Assembly: GCA_040954595.2 (NCBI GenBank)
Contig: CM082591.2
Span: 9,103,612-9,167,611, forward strand
DNA length: 64,000 nt
Origin: Balanoglossus misakiensis
Taxonomy: Eukaryota; Animalia; Hemichordata
Direction of reading: 5' to 3'
The notes under the pieces are model-generated. The model was not told where the DNA came from. It made no database searches and worked only from the letters and a program-made list of their open reading frames with translations. Each line of letters begins with the position of its first letter. Position 1 is the stretch's first letter. Below are positions 26,936 through 40,622 of the stretch, in pieces. The translations under genes and the position numbers were made by a program.

Positions 26936-29900
26936 CTTCCACACGTTATGTATTCGTGTTATGATAGTCCCACTGATCTGACAACACGCTCGCTTTTATT
27001 GTGGCCTTTTGTCCCGTTCGCCAGCACTGTGTATAGGCCCGCGTTTACCGTTAACAGACTATCCCGTTCGCCAACTTTACTGAACTGCAAATTTAAGAAT
27101 CGGTCGGCCGGGGTCGCGTAAATTAAAGGCCGAACCGATAAGATTAAGTGCCGTAACGACTTGCTACCAACTGGGAATGCTACGAGCCAAGAGCATATTG
27201 CAGCTCAGTGTGGCAGGGCCGTTGGTGTGTCTTACGGGCGATGTCTCCACACACTGTACTGCTCTGTTTGATAAGAGTGTCCAAGCTTCGGACAAAGGTC
27301 ATGTTCGGACTTATGTCTTAACTTTGCTTTGTAAACACATTACCAAAGTACAACCCACCCATGTTTGCAGAGAAATTAGATGAAGTCACATGGCGGAGTT
27401 CTCATCCTATCGGGTTGCGTTTATCTCGGAATCGGCTGCTTTTCCATCGTCGAGTTTGATTTCATGTCCGATTCACAGTCTTGTTATATGATGATCCCTG
27501 GTTGATATATATTTTTTCGGGCGGGGGGGGGGGGGGGGTTGGTGGTCATGGGATCAATAATTCGAGGCAGGAGAAGAAATATGTCGACAGCGCAAATTGC
27601 CATTTTCTCGCTTTGTTTCGTCGATTTTGACAACTTCAAAAGAATTAAACTTCGCTCTGCATTGGTCGATTGGTCTAAAATTTTACCCATCTAACAAAAC
27701 GACTTTGTAGTCGATAAAGTGCTCCCAGCTGGAGTAAACGTTGATTCAATTCGGCTCATCATGAATTTGATCCAATTTTCTAAAAACCTAACTTGCGGGC
27801 GCTGTTACTTCTCAATGAACGCTGGAAACGTAACACAAACTGGTCGATTTTTCATACTTGTGCTCTAAGTAGGATGTGTAGCCAACATTGTGACTTAATT
27901 TTTTGTTATTGACCTAATACCAAACGAGCTGATATGACCTTGTTTCGAAAAACTGTCCCAAAACTGCCAAACTCGAATATTCAAACATCACCAAAATTGT
28001 ACAATATCTTACATCAATCAGTATGAGGAACATGCTCACCAAAGTTCAGAGCAATCTAACAGGTGGTTTCACAGACAAAAACTTCTGACGAAAAATTGCA
28101 ACCTATAGGCAGCTTTATACTGAATTTTTAGAGAAATCTGCCAATCACTTTCATAGAAGATGTGGAAAAATGACAAAAGTCATAAAAAGTAGAAAATTAA
28201 CGATATTAGGTTCAAACTTAGAAAGCTCTGTGATGTTGGTAGTAGATATATGCATACCAATTTTCAGAGCAATCTGACCAGTAGTTTCCAGCTAATGTGT
28301 CTGAGAACAGCCAAAACAGAGAACAGAACAGCCAAAGTGAGAGAACAGAATAGCCAAAACTATCAACAGCGTTTAACTCCACATCTGTAAGCAGACAATT
28401 TGTTGGAGCGATATTCAGGTCCTAAGAAAACTCAAACTTCAATCAGACGGAACATACTGGTCATCACAATTGCCTTCTGATTGGAATCTGTATGGAAAAG
28501 CAACAACAAATACTGATCCTTGTCTGAAATCAAAGAGACAGACAAAAGCACTCATTTTATCAGAATATTTATTTTAAGTATGCAAAAATCCTTACATGAT
28601 ATCTCTGTCTATTTATTTATCATGATAGGAAAATTGTTTGAATAAAAATATCAAAGATATTCCTTCCTGATGCTGCATATCATATTTACATACTCTGGCA
28701 GTCTTGTAAGTACAATGAAATGTTAGTCAAAACCTCTTCTTAAGAACTGAGTAAATCTCAGTACAAAAAGCAACATGTGGAAAATACCAACTAAGCATCT
28801 TAGGGAAAATAAAAGAAATAAAGAAATTGAGGAATGGTGTCCCCCCTCCCCTTCAGCACTATACATGATTCTACAGCCTCATGGGGTCATTCTTCACACA
28901 CACATAAAATGAATGGCTGATTACATGAAATATTTTCGAAAGTCAATAAGTGGTCACGAAAGGCTCTTGTTTTTGTTAAAATAAAAAAATGTTAGGAAAT
29001 TCAAGAAAAGTAGAAAGCAATGTTATGTGAATATTGATATTAAAAACACTTGATTTTAATCGTTTGGCAACTATGGTAACTTCCTTATAACAGACTATAT
29101 TTCTTCAGATGCATCTAATAGTTTGATTCTAACATACTTGTCACGGGTGTCGCCGTTCACCACAAAACACACTAAAACAGTTTAAAGGTTTCACAAGACA
29201 TAGGCCTATAACATTTCTTAACTGAAATTGAAGAGGGACATCATCAGTTCATATGTGTGGCCGGTCTAGCTACATAGGGGAACTGCTAAATTACACACAT
29301 GTATGGGAGTTCACCTACAACAGAAGACACCAAAATTCATGCAAGTGAAAAATACAGAAGTACAATTGAAGACTTGACGCAGGTTCAGACACCAATTACA
29401 TGTGCTGAAATGAGCCAGTAGAATGCACTAATATAAAAAGCTTCAAGCTACAGGTAAAGTACAAGGAAAACTAACCTGAAATTGAACATAGACATCTTCA
29501 GTTCATACATGTGGCCGGTCTGGATACAGAGGTGAACTGACTAAGTATATGCATGGCGTCCTTTTATATCAGCAATCTACACTATGGTGGCGCATTAGCT
29601 TGAGTTCATTAGTCAAATGAAACATCCTGGTGGTTTGCATATAATTGAGATCATCAAATAGAATGTAAGTTCTATCATTACTAGAAAGGTGTTCACATGA
29701 ATAAATGATTAAATGATGACTGCAAAGAATACAGGTGTTACATACATACAGATATTATATATATATTCAAGTGAACAAATGGTTCGGTCCAAATCCATTG
29801 TTTTCTGTGGGAAAGTTGGATGTCTACACAGGGAATTAGGTGAAAGGTGAGAGTGCTAAGAAAATAGGTCAATGGTAATTTTCCATTTTTATCTAAATTG

Positions 29901-31348
29901 AATACATGTGTGGGCTTAATCTTTTCCAATAATGCTGACACACAAAAAGTTAATTGTTTTACTAAACTTTCCTTGAGAGTTGAATGAAGGCACTTGATAT
30001 TAGCACAGAGACCGATTTTTTCCACACACCACTTTTCTCTTTTCATAGAGCTCCATTCAAATTTTGTACACAACAATTGTCACTACCCAAGCCCAAACTT
30101 TCAAATTACAATGTCACATTTCAAAACACTGTTAGACTCCCCAATGAAACATTAACTCTGGATCAGCATCCCTTCAAATTAGTGATAGCCCTGGGGTGAG
30201 TTTCATTAATTTTGTTATAATGGTGTTTTTTAATTGTTTGGCTGTGACAGAAATTACTACATGGAAGTATAAACATGTTATGTCCACACATATGCTGTAG
30301 GTTCAGCTTCAATTCAATTTTCATCAATCAGATCATAACAAATTATTCAACAGAAAAAAAAACAAAAAATGAACATCAAGAGTTGGTGACTTAATGGCTT
30401 TCACATGATAAATATATACGTGTGAACATTGCCCCATGCTAGAGTGTAATATTAACACGTCTCATACAACCTACAATTCTCTGTATATAACGAAACACAC
30501 TCATTATAGCTGGATTAGTTGGTTCACAGGTAATCTGTAACCAGATAGGCTGACTTGAGCAATCCATGTTTTTGCAAGAGTTGTATTTCCACTGTTATAT
30601 TGTGACTTCTTTGATGTAATGCTCAACTGAACACAAGAGTATCAGAATTGGACAGATAAATGACCAATAACACAAAGTCTGTGATTGGGGAATACAAATG
30701 ATAAGTACACAACTGGAAGTTCTGTCACTCAAAGTTCTGTCTATTGCTCTCTTCCCTGAGGGAGCGATAGAGAGCAACTTTAGAGATACGTTCTCCAATT
30801 TACTGATCAGGAATAATTGAAATATTAGTCTAGTATATAGCTGTATTTTGTCTGCTTGCTTCAAAAAACTATGCATGCCACTGCCCCAATAAAGCATGAT
30901 ACCCCTTGCTGGGAATTGTGATGTAATTAGCATTACTTTGAAGTCAATCACAGACTTTGTTTTTCCAATGATTGGTCAAAGGATACATATGTGTGATTCA
31001 GGATGGGTACCATTTTGAATTGAAATTAACCTAGCCTTCACTGTAACTTTACACACACTCGCCATTGATCAGTTTATGTGTGTGACTTCAAGAGGAGGTG
31101 GTAGCTTTGGAATGGATGTGTGTGTACAGGAAATACTGATGAGAATGATAAATATTCCAAATCCCCAACACTTGACTGTCTGGAATATTTGAAAATTCCT
31201 GCATACCTTGATAAATTTCTGACATTTCTTTGGGGATCTGGGTTTCATTTAGTATGGGGATCCGGGTTTCATTTAGTATATAGAAGTTACAATGGTAATG
31301 AAGGCATGAACAGTCTCCTGTTCATTATAGTCAGTTTCCTGTATGAAT

Positions 31349-32937
31349 TTATTGATTCAGAATATCAAAAAGACTCATGTCATCAGCCAGCAGACTACTA
31401 CTTGATTGTTGCTGTGTTTGTTGCATGCTGGCCGGGTGCCAAGCCCATCTGAGGTACCTGTGGTCACGGCTGTGGCTGGTGTCGCCATGTTTGTTGTGTT
31501 GCTGCTGGCTGTTGTGGTGGTGGTGGTGGTGGAATGCTTACTTGTGTTCCGTTGGCTTGTTGTTGCTGCTGCTATTGAATGCAAACAAAATGGCTTTCTT
31601 TTTAAAGTCACTTCACAGAATGTGGTAATGTGTCAGGAGACAGCTCTGTTTAACGTTGTTCACATTTGTCAATCAGACTGAAATTTAGGGCGGCATATAG
31701 TAACTATGGCAAATAGATTTAGGCTGTGTCTAAAATTTGATGGTTAGTTTCAGGACCCCCATTGACCTAATTAATTATGTACATGCCTTATTCTACACTA
31801 ACCAATCGATCTTTAGATTTTGTAGGACATAAATCAGTTTAGGATCAACACTTTTTGACAAAATTTTGGGTATCCACAGCAGATAATCCTTGGCATTCTG
31901 TAGTAACCCTGGGAATCGCTTGGGCCAGGTGAACACTGCTTGCAGCTTTAATTCACTATGTAATCAGATTCAGACATTTTGAAAACAACGTGATTTAAAT
32001 TCTAAGGAAACTTTTGTTAAAGGGTTATGATCGACTAATGTGCATGTGCTAAAGCAGAAACTCTGGGTACAAAAACTTTATCAATGACACAATTCTGTCT
32101 ATACAACAGACAATATGGCGGCAACCATAGTCTGTGTTGTAGATTTGGAAAAGACAGCAAATTAAGTGAAAAGAAGAGACAAAACAAAAGTCTTCTTATA
32201 TGGTGTGCAAGAAATATGGAAGGAAGCGAAGGCAATCCACTATTTGAATGCACACACATAAAATTTGCAGATATTTGGATTGGACGTTATTTTGTACACA
32301 CAAATTACGCACATGTGCCTAAGAGTAAGAGGATTGTCGGCATTTAAAACTCACTAACTGTCTGCCAGAGGTTATCATCAGTGATTCCACACTGGTACCA
32401 TGGAACAACTAGAAGTGTCAAAAATAAGACTGAGACAAGATTTGTTGTATTCTTCTGTCTAATTTAGGTCTGCTTTGGGCAAACAGTGCATTGAGTTTAT
32501 TCTGTGTGACTGTCAGGTCCCCAATACATTAAAATAAGTTTGGGAATGGAACAGACCATGTTATTTGTAACATCAAGAAAGCTCCTTTTTTGAGAAAAAT
32601 GATTTCATTTTCCCCACATAACAATTCCCAGGAGTGACAAAGGTTTCAGTCTTGGTTTTCAAAGTATTCACTGTTCACATTATTGTGACAACTTACTTGT
32701 AAGAGGTGTCTTAGTTGTTGATGTGTTGATTTTACATTGGATGGCTGTGCTGGCACTGCTTGTTGTTGTTGTTGGGCTCTCTGTTGTTGTAACCTTTGTA
32801 ATTGCTGTTGTTGTTGATGTTGTTGTCTTAGTGCTATGAGTTGACTTTGTCTTGCATGTTGATCTTGCTGTTGTTTCAATTCAATTTCTTTTTTTCTGTG
32901 CCATCTCTAGATTCTTCTGCAGTGCTTGAATATTCCT
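31349..32937 (-). pseudogene. MED25: Last two exons of a Gln-rich Mediator subunit 25-like gene, disabled
   Basis: Exon 32697-32937 reads RNIQALQKNLEMAQKK/EIELKQQQ...HQQLRHLLQ (LxxLL motif; +1 frameshift in an A7 run at ~32889-32895). Exon 31349-31571 reads QQQQQ...PPPPPP...QPQP* (TGA 31464-31466), then shifts frame into LLADDMSLFDILNQ*, resembling the MED25 C-terminal acidic-hydrophobic motif. No upstream MED25 exons seen. Identification is from motif memory only. Confidence 0.5.
32021..32343. mobile_element. TTAA-flanked MITE (Kolobok-like termini), same family as 57564-57865 and 57870-58192
   Basis: TTAA|AGGG...AT|TTAA flanks. Shared internal GGAAGCGAAGGCAATCCACTATTTGAATG. Confidence 0.6.
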
Positions 32938-34773
32938 CTGAAAGATCAAACAAAGAAAAGTGTAAACAGTCAAACATTATCATGTGTCAATCTACCTACA
33001 GGTAACATGACTACAGGAGCCTCAGCCAATCCAAGCTTTTCACTTGTGAGACTATTGAAATCAATTTAAAGCTCAGTAACTCCAACTTAGGGTTATTTCC
33101 TCAATAATTTTGTTTTGGTGGTCACCTTTCATTGAACAATGAATGGGCAAGTGCTCGCTCACTTCTTCAGTGAATTTCACTGTTTGTTTATCTTATCATA
33201 AAAACTTGGGCACCGCAGTCCTTTGGACAAAAATATTCATGTTGGTGATTTAAAATCAATGTTGCAAGAAGCAGAATTAATCACAGGATTAACGGCTTCT
33301 GATTGAAAAATACTAAATGCTTAATATGTCATATGTCGCACACAGAGTGATCACATTAGTCAATTCGACCGCTGTTCCAAAGGACTAAAATGATTGCAAC
33401 GTTTTAATATTATATTTATTTTACAAAACCTTGCATCTGAGCTTTACTTTAAAGTACTTCCATTTACTAGTAGTACAAGTACACATCAGTTAACATTGAC
33501 AGCTAGGCATGACGTCATAGATGTAGGACTTCAAAATGGACATTCTGAACAGTGGGGGCGCTCTATCATAGTGGGTTTTAATGAACATGTGTATTTAATT
33601 TCATGAATCAGATACATCGATGAAAACTGCGTATTTTAACATACGCGTATAGTTAATGCATTTGCAGTATCTAGTCATATTACAGTAATACACCAGACAT
33701 GTTCTTAACTCAACTCAATGTGTGTAAGTTCAATTTCTGACCATACTCAGATTACCCAAGTCCCTGTGACCAACTATACTGCAAGTATACAGAATTGAAC
33801 TCCGGAAAAACTAGTCACCTTCAATACTTGAACTGGAGCCACATCCAAAACTTGACTTTGAGATCTTTTATCAAATCAGTTCTCCTTTTAGAATTAGAAC
33901 TCCCATGCAATTTTTGTGACAGGAGAGAAAATTTAAATTGGACACCTGCAATCTGAATAATTTCTTCAGTCCCTTTGGTGTTAGACGGGTTTGACTGTAC
34001 TTGAAAGTGCAGTTGATATACACAACAAAAATGCAAAAAAATATAATTGTAGACAGTCAGAATTTTGAGGCTGGGAATCATTTACATAGTTACCAGAGTC
34101 AATACTGTCACAGTAGTCCATTTCTCTATGTACCAAATTGTAATAAAACATTGCTATGCAGTCATGTTACCCTTCCAAGATGCGAACACGAGGCCAGAGT
34201 AAAAACTTGATTGTCTTGTGTATCAACACTATAGTTGGGACTGACTTTCGACAGCCACATTTTATTGTAAGGTCAGTTTTACACTCAACTTGTATCATGT
34301 ATACAACAAACTAGATGAGCTTGAGCAGTACTCTGTAACCAACTGGCCTCCTTTTTCACATTGTCTGCTTGGAGATGACACCTTATTTTGGAAGTGTGCC
34401 CTCTTTATGAAAAAGTGTATAATGTCATAATTCACGAAGTGTTCTGTTACATGTGTAACAGACAGAAATCAACACAAGTGCAGTCAAACCTGTCTATTGT
34501 GGCTAGTGAAGGGACTTTCCTAAACTGGCCATTATACCTGGTAAAAAAGTCAATTAATGTAGATATAAATTACACAGGGACTAGAATAATGTGGCCACTA
34601 TATAGAGGTGGCCACTCACAGAGGTTTGACTGTATGTTAATTTGTGCCATGAATAGCAGACATTTACCAATGACAGTACAATGTATGATTTCAGTGTCAC
34701 ATATCCATGTATTAGACACTTACATTGTACAAACACATACATCTTACTTTCTCTCCAAATTGTAGATACTCAC

Positions 34774-34883
34774 CAACACGTGTATGTTGAATCCTGGTCT
34801 GCAACCACACTGGTAACGGGCTGGTGTGTTGTAACATACTTGTTGGCATGGCGACCAACCAGCTTGATCGCACTCATTGTCAT
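34774..34883 (-). pseudogene. Calcium-binding EGF exon lacking its last Cys in frame
   Basis: DDNECDQAGWSPCQQVCYNTPARYQCGCRPGFNI. 110 nt with phase 1-0 instead of 1-1. Confidence 0.7.
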
Positions 34884-35324
34884 CTGTGGGGAAAACACAA
34901 ATATCATAAATTGTGTATGAATGAATACATCTGAATTACAGTTGTCCTTGAGTGCACATTTGAAAATATACGACAAGAGAAAAAAATTGAAAGAAACTTA
35001 ATAAATATCATCTGGCATATAACTTGGTCATATCATATGTTTATCTGTACCAGTACTGTATACTGATGAACAAACAATGTAGTAACCACATTACATTTTA
35101 CAAGCTAGTGTTCTGCAAGCCAAAAATATCACACACGAGACAACAAACTCAATTTTTTTTAAATGTGTAACTTTGGAAAGTGCCTGATAACTTGTATTTA
35201 TTATTTTTTTACATGGTGACTCGCTGTAATCTTTGTCACTTATAACTTGTTTAAGCGCCCTTTTGAGGCAGGAAATTCCAAGCCATTGTTGGCCTATCCC
35301 CTCCCCACTCAAATAAAAACTTAC

Positions 35325-35444
35325 CTAAACAATTGACATGATCTGCACTCATAGAGAAACCATCATCACCACAATTACAGCTAAATCCACCCTCTGCATT
35401 GAGACAACCTCCAGCACAGACAGAATCTGAACACTCATTCACAT
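35325..35444 (-). CDS. Calcium-binding EGF exon
   Basis: DVNECSDSVCAGGCLNAEGGFSCNCGDDGFSMSADHVNCL. CAG/GTAAG sites, phase 1-1. Confidence 0.85.
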
Positions 35445-38400
35445 CTGAAAATAGAGAAAAAAAACATCCATTGTAATTATTCAAGTCAATACCAATCTTC
35501 CCTTCCATTAACAATTTCCCTAAAGGGAACAAATTCACATGGCTTTGAAATTAAGTATTAACAGTGATATTTTAATATTTCTAACGGACACGTCTTTTAT
35601 AAACGTTGAGTCTTTTTGTGGATTTGTAGAAATTATCTACAAACTGAGCTGTCAGGTCATGGCTGTTTGTGCTTTGGCATGCACACATATCCCAGAATGC
35701 CCAACAGGGTTGGCAGTGAAATTGATAAACTCTTGATTTCAAACTCGTAGATCTCAATAGATTCTCACACTCCTGGCATGCTGAGAGTGTGGGATCAGAG
35801 TGTGAGAACAAATCAATCCCACATTCTCACTGAATCGAAAGCTGCATATGACGCGAGCGCTGATTGGATGACAAAGCGTTATTTAATAACCTGCGCTAAA
35901 TGTTATCCAATGACGTGATACAGAAACTACAATGTGCCAGATGACAGTTCAAGAGTCATTTATTCTATGTTTTAAGACGAATTGGGCTAATTTATGGCCA
36001 TGTGAGAAATATAATCTCACACACCAAGGTCCTGGGATCATATTTCGCACACTCGTCAGGGATATTTTGTCCCACACTCGCCTGCAGCTTGTTTGGGACA
36101 GAAAATCCACAATTCATGTGAGAAATATGAAATTTGTACAGTCCTATAAACCTAAAACATGAAACAAAAAATGTTTGCTTGTTGGTAGTTTCCCGGAACA
36201 ATTAAAAACCGCGTCTCCTCATCAATTTTGACATTTTGAAAGATGCTAAACAAAACTCATGTTTTGGCCTTATCGGTAGCAGAGTGACGTCATTTTCTGG
36301 GTAGCCAGAACTCACTTCCGGCACAGCATTTGGGTGTTTCACATTTCTCCGTTGTTGCTGGCTTATCTGTCGACAAGCAAGGTAACGTAAATAAGGGATT
36401 TATAAGTGGCCTTGACAGTGACCTTCACATAAGACTTCTTGACCCTATGACCTTTCATGTGATGAGCAGTTGCCAAAATAACTTTCTCTTTGTGACCAAT
36501 CCAGACCGAACACTTTTCTATTCTACTACACAGAACAAACTAAACGCAAAGTAACTCATGAAGGAAAACGCTGACAAAATCTATGCCTACCAGTAATTTT
36601 CAAATCAGGTAACTGCATCTGAATTTATTCAAATTAATTGAATATTGCCTTTGTGGTTGTCTGATGTCAATTTTTAATTGAAGAGTTGTTGTGTTAGAGT
36701 TAACTTGCGTGAATTGCTTGCCTTTCATTCTGACAGTCAATTATAATTTGAGGATGCAGCTCCCACTTCTAGATTGAATATATGAAATATTTAAAATATA
36801 TGTATTTATATTTTAATGTAAAACACTATATCACAAGTCATCCTTTCACCAGAGGTGGGCCAAACCGTAAAGGAAACTGTGAACAATCATTCAATGCTCA
36901 GATATTTGGATTGACAACTCTACTCTTTGGCACAATATTCAATTTCAAACATTTTTGAATACAGTAATAAATGCATTTAATATTGCATGTATTAAATTTA
37001 GCTATTTTACAATTAGGGCCAGTGAGTGAGCATTTCAAAAGAAAGAAAAGGGAATGTTTGTTCCTTTGATTTGTGTATCATTTGATCACTGCAACCGTAC
37101 ACTTTCATTGACGAGAAGTGTCAAAACATCCACAGGTCTATTCATTGAATGTGAGGTGCAAAGCTAGAAATGGAGATGTTACAAGTAGTGCACGAGCGTC
37201 GTATGTGGAAATCTAATGGTTGGAGGCGAGAAATAAAAATCGCATTGTTTGTTGTTTGCACATGCACACAAATTAAGTCATTAAATATGGTGTCCTTCAT
37301 GTCATTTCGGGAACGATCGCGATCGTCGACGAAAAAAGTTGTTGCATCTGTCTCACGAGAGCATCATCTCGTTTTGACAACTCAAAATCGTATGCCAAAC
37401 ACTTTAATAAACCTGCCCTCTTTAAGACAGGTAGTGGTGATAAGGTATTTAGCTGCCATGTCATGGCTGTCAAAGTCTGCACACTACTCACAAAATTCAG
37501 TTTGATATATGATCTCATGATGGCAAATAGACCACTTTGTAAACATGAAATTGAAATTTTGGCAATGAGGTGCACAAGTTTTGGGAATTGGTTTCCTGTT
37601 GCATTCCCAAATGCAAACCTATCAAGGAAATTCCATGTGATGACTGTAGAAGTTGTACGCAAAGTAAGAACTTTGCAAACTGTTGGCATGGAAACTGAAC
37701 AAGTAACTGAAAGTATCCACTGTTATATTAACAAAGTAAACAGAATGTATGCAACTGTACAAAATACAGCTAAGCGACAAGAACTTCTTGTCAAAACACA
37801 CAATGTATTCAGTAACCCGGGTCTTCCTGATCTTGCTAAGACCAAGCCCACATAGAGAAGATGACATAGGACAAGTCACTATGTAGCTGTTAGTCTGTTA
37901 CAGACTTTTAGTGTATGGGAACATACATGTACTTTATTGAACACACTCTGCATCTGAAGTGTATGTAATAAAAGCATGTGATTGTTACTTAAAATACAGT
38001 GAGGTGTGATTTTCTTGTTTGTATTTTGGTTAATGTTACTTTGTCTGTTCTAGACATTGTCATTGTTTTTGTTTGTTTTGTTTTGGAGTGAATGGGCAAT
38101 GAATGCAGCCTGGTCAGAAGTCTGAGTCCCAAATGTTTGAAGTTGTCATCCATGACCTAAGAAAAAGTGGAGCAAACCATAGACGGCTTCTGTTACAGTG
38201 ATTCAAATACTTTGAGATGAACGGTCGACCCAGCATAAACAGCATATACAACTTCAGCACCGAAGTTTTCTGAGAAAGATGACAAAACTTTATTTTTCCA
38301 TATTTTTAAACAAACCGGACCCATTAAAGTTACCAAAATATGTTAAAATTTCTTTGGATGTTGAACGGTTTTTCAACCCAATATTGGAAAAAATCTTAGG

Positions 38401-38630
38401 AACCTAAAATGATCTCATGAATATTAATGAGCTTGAGTTGTGTGAAGTTAATCAGATCCACCGTATATATATTCCTATGTAAACTGTCAACCACAGTTAA
38501 GGTGTTTTCGACTGCCTATCGTGTACTAAAGTGTGTAGAATAATTTCACACTACGAAATTAGAACTCTGAATCGGGCAATATTATTATCATTTCGGGTTT
38601 TTTACGGTACATCGTCCGAGCTGTTGATTA

Positions 38631-39686
38631 GGGAGCCGTCATTATTTACGGCCTGGGGGGGGGGGGGGGGTCAGAGGAATTACACTAGAAACTCCAAAAT
38701 TTTAAGAAACCCCCCCCCTGCCAAGCATGCAGATTTTGAGAACCCCCCCCCTTCCAACACAGAAATTTCGACTGGCCCCCCCCTAAAACCGGAACAACTA
38801 CATATCAATACATGTATCTGTATAAATCACTATTACAGTAGTGTAGTAAAAGACCTTTCAACTCCAGGTTCACCCTGCTACATTGTGGGTGATCATCAGT
38901 TGCATCATGATGGATTGAAAAGGGTGAAACAACAAAACAATCTCAAAGTCACAACTAAATAATGATTACCGTAAAAGCTCACCCATAACCAGTAACCATC
39001 AAGTAGCATTGTGTAATTTGGACAAAAGTCAAAATGATTATCAAACTTTGTTGGTGAAAATATATTTCTGTGAATTAACAACAGTTCAGGTAGTTCAGTT
39101 CTATGTGCTAATATAGGTATCTGCTGGGAGCATTCCGCCATGATCCGGCTGTCCTTCCCCCTCTTGTAACAACTGTTGGAAATGACTGTACAGGTACTAT
39201 ATCGTCACCACTGTCATCTTCACTTTCACTTTCACTGGTGCTGTTCATTTCATTCAAAACAATATCGTTTTCATCATCACTGTCTGTTTCATCATTACTA
39301 GAAAGAAAATCTGCCTGCAGCTGCAGTTTTGAAGAATCCACGTGTGACTTCCGAAGGCAATCTGCCATTATTGCTCTTATTTTGTCATGATCAGGCAAGC
39401 ATGCCAATCCTTTATCAGCAAATTTTGGGAAAAATACTTTGATAGTGCAGTTTGGACACTCTGGTGTTCCGCGACCAGAGGTCGCGGAGCGCTGCAGCAC
39501 TTGCACAGCACACAACTAAATCTTTAAGTTGAAAAACTTTGATACATTTCCCAAAAATGAGTGACCCCCCCTCTTCATCTACAATTTTTGTGAACCCCCC
39601 CCCTGCAGCCTTCCAATTTTTGAGAAACCCCCCCCCCCCTTGATTCCTCCGACCCCCCCCCCAGGCCATAAATAATGACGGCTCCC
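38631..39686. mobile_element. Non-autonomous PIF/Harbinger-type element (TTA TSD) carrying an ORF fragment
   Basis: TTA|GGGAGCCGTCATTATTTACGGCCTGGGGG...CCCCCAGGCCATAAATAATGACGGCTCCC|TTA. Subterminal C-run repeats. Internal minus ORF 39108-39515. Confidence 0.85.
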
Positions 39687-40235
39687 TTAATTACTATAAT
39701 TTGTTGCATCGCATCGCCGCTAACGCGGAAGTGAGTTACCGCTGTTAATATGTAAACAGATCGACATCGGCGATGTAAATGTGGCGAAATGTACATGGAT
39801 ATTGAAGGGGTTATTTTATTCTTCACGGAATATATTGTTTTCGCCGTTATAAAGTCCGTTAAAATTTTCTGCACTTCCGCACTCGATCTTCTTCAAATTT
39901 TCTGTGTAAGCATTCCTGAACTTTGGCCTTATCATCCTGGGCATTGATTAGTTCAGATTTTGGATCAAAGCATTATATATAGCGGTGTACAGGACGGATA
40001 AGGGGGTGGCTTCTTTGTTGTTGACATAGTCGACATATTTGCCGTTGGTGGCGTAATTAACGTTTTTCCCATTGTGCTTTGCGTGACAATAAGGGTCATG
40101 CAGGTCATGGGCGATCGATTAGATTGTCAAGGCGCTTATGGCGGCGAACGCTCATGTGAGGAGAGATCAAAACAAGTGATGACTTATAGAGGAGGAAGCA
40201 CAGCATGTGATGACTCATCTAACCTGTCCACTTAC

Positions 40236-40329
40236 CTAGACATTTAGGACAGCACTGCCCTGGTACACTTGCAAAATTAGAACATGTTGTGGCTTCACAC
40301 ACTGTTAAATTACAAGTCACAGTACCATC
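40236..40329 (-). CDS. VWC second-half exon
   Basis: DGTVTCNLTVCEATTCSNFASVPGQCCPKCL. Phase 0-1. Confidence 0.85.
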
Positions 40330-40622
40330 CTGTAAATACAAATTATTTAATGGGTTATTATTATAGAAATTATGGACGACCATTGACCCTGACCCTGACC
40401 ATTGAAACTTTTAATAGTAAAGGAATGTATGTGTGCACCAATGTTCATGATGCATGTAGACTAGACAATGTTTCTCCTACGTGTATTAGTGGAACATTTT
40501 TGTTTTGGTTATAAGGTCTCTGTACGTATGATTTTTAGTTTGTATGCATTTTTCCACAGCTTATGCGTACAGTGTAGGTAACTCGAAAAAAAAAACCTTA
40601 AGTCTTGGCATGAACACACTAA

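Noticed and set aside
37170-37880. Overlapping 85-130 aa ORFs on both strands
   Set aside because: No recognisable motif or splice structure. Possibly a decayed transposon, but I cannot support a call.
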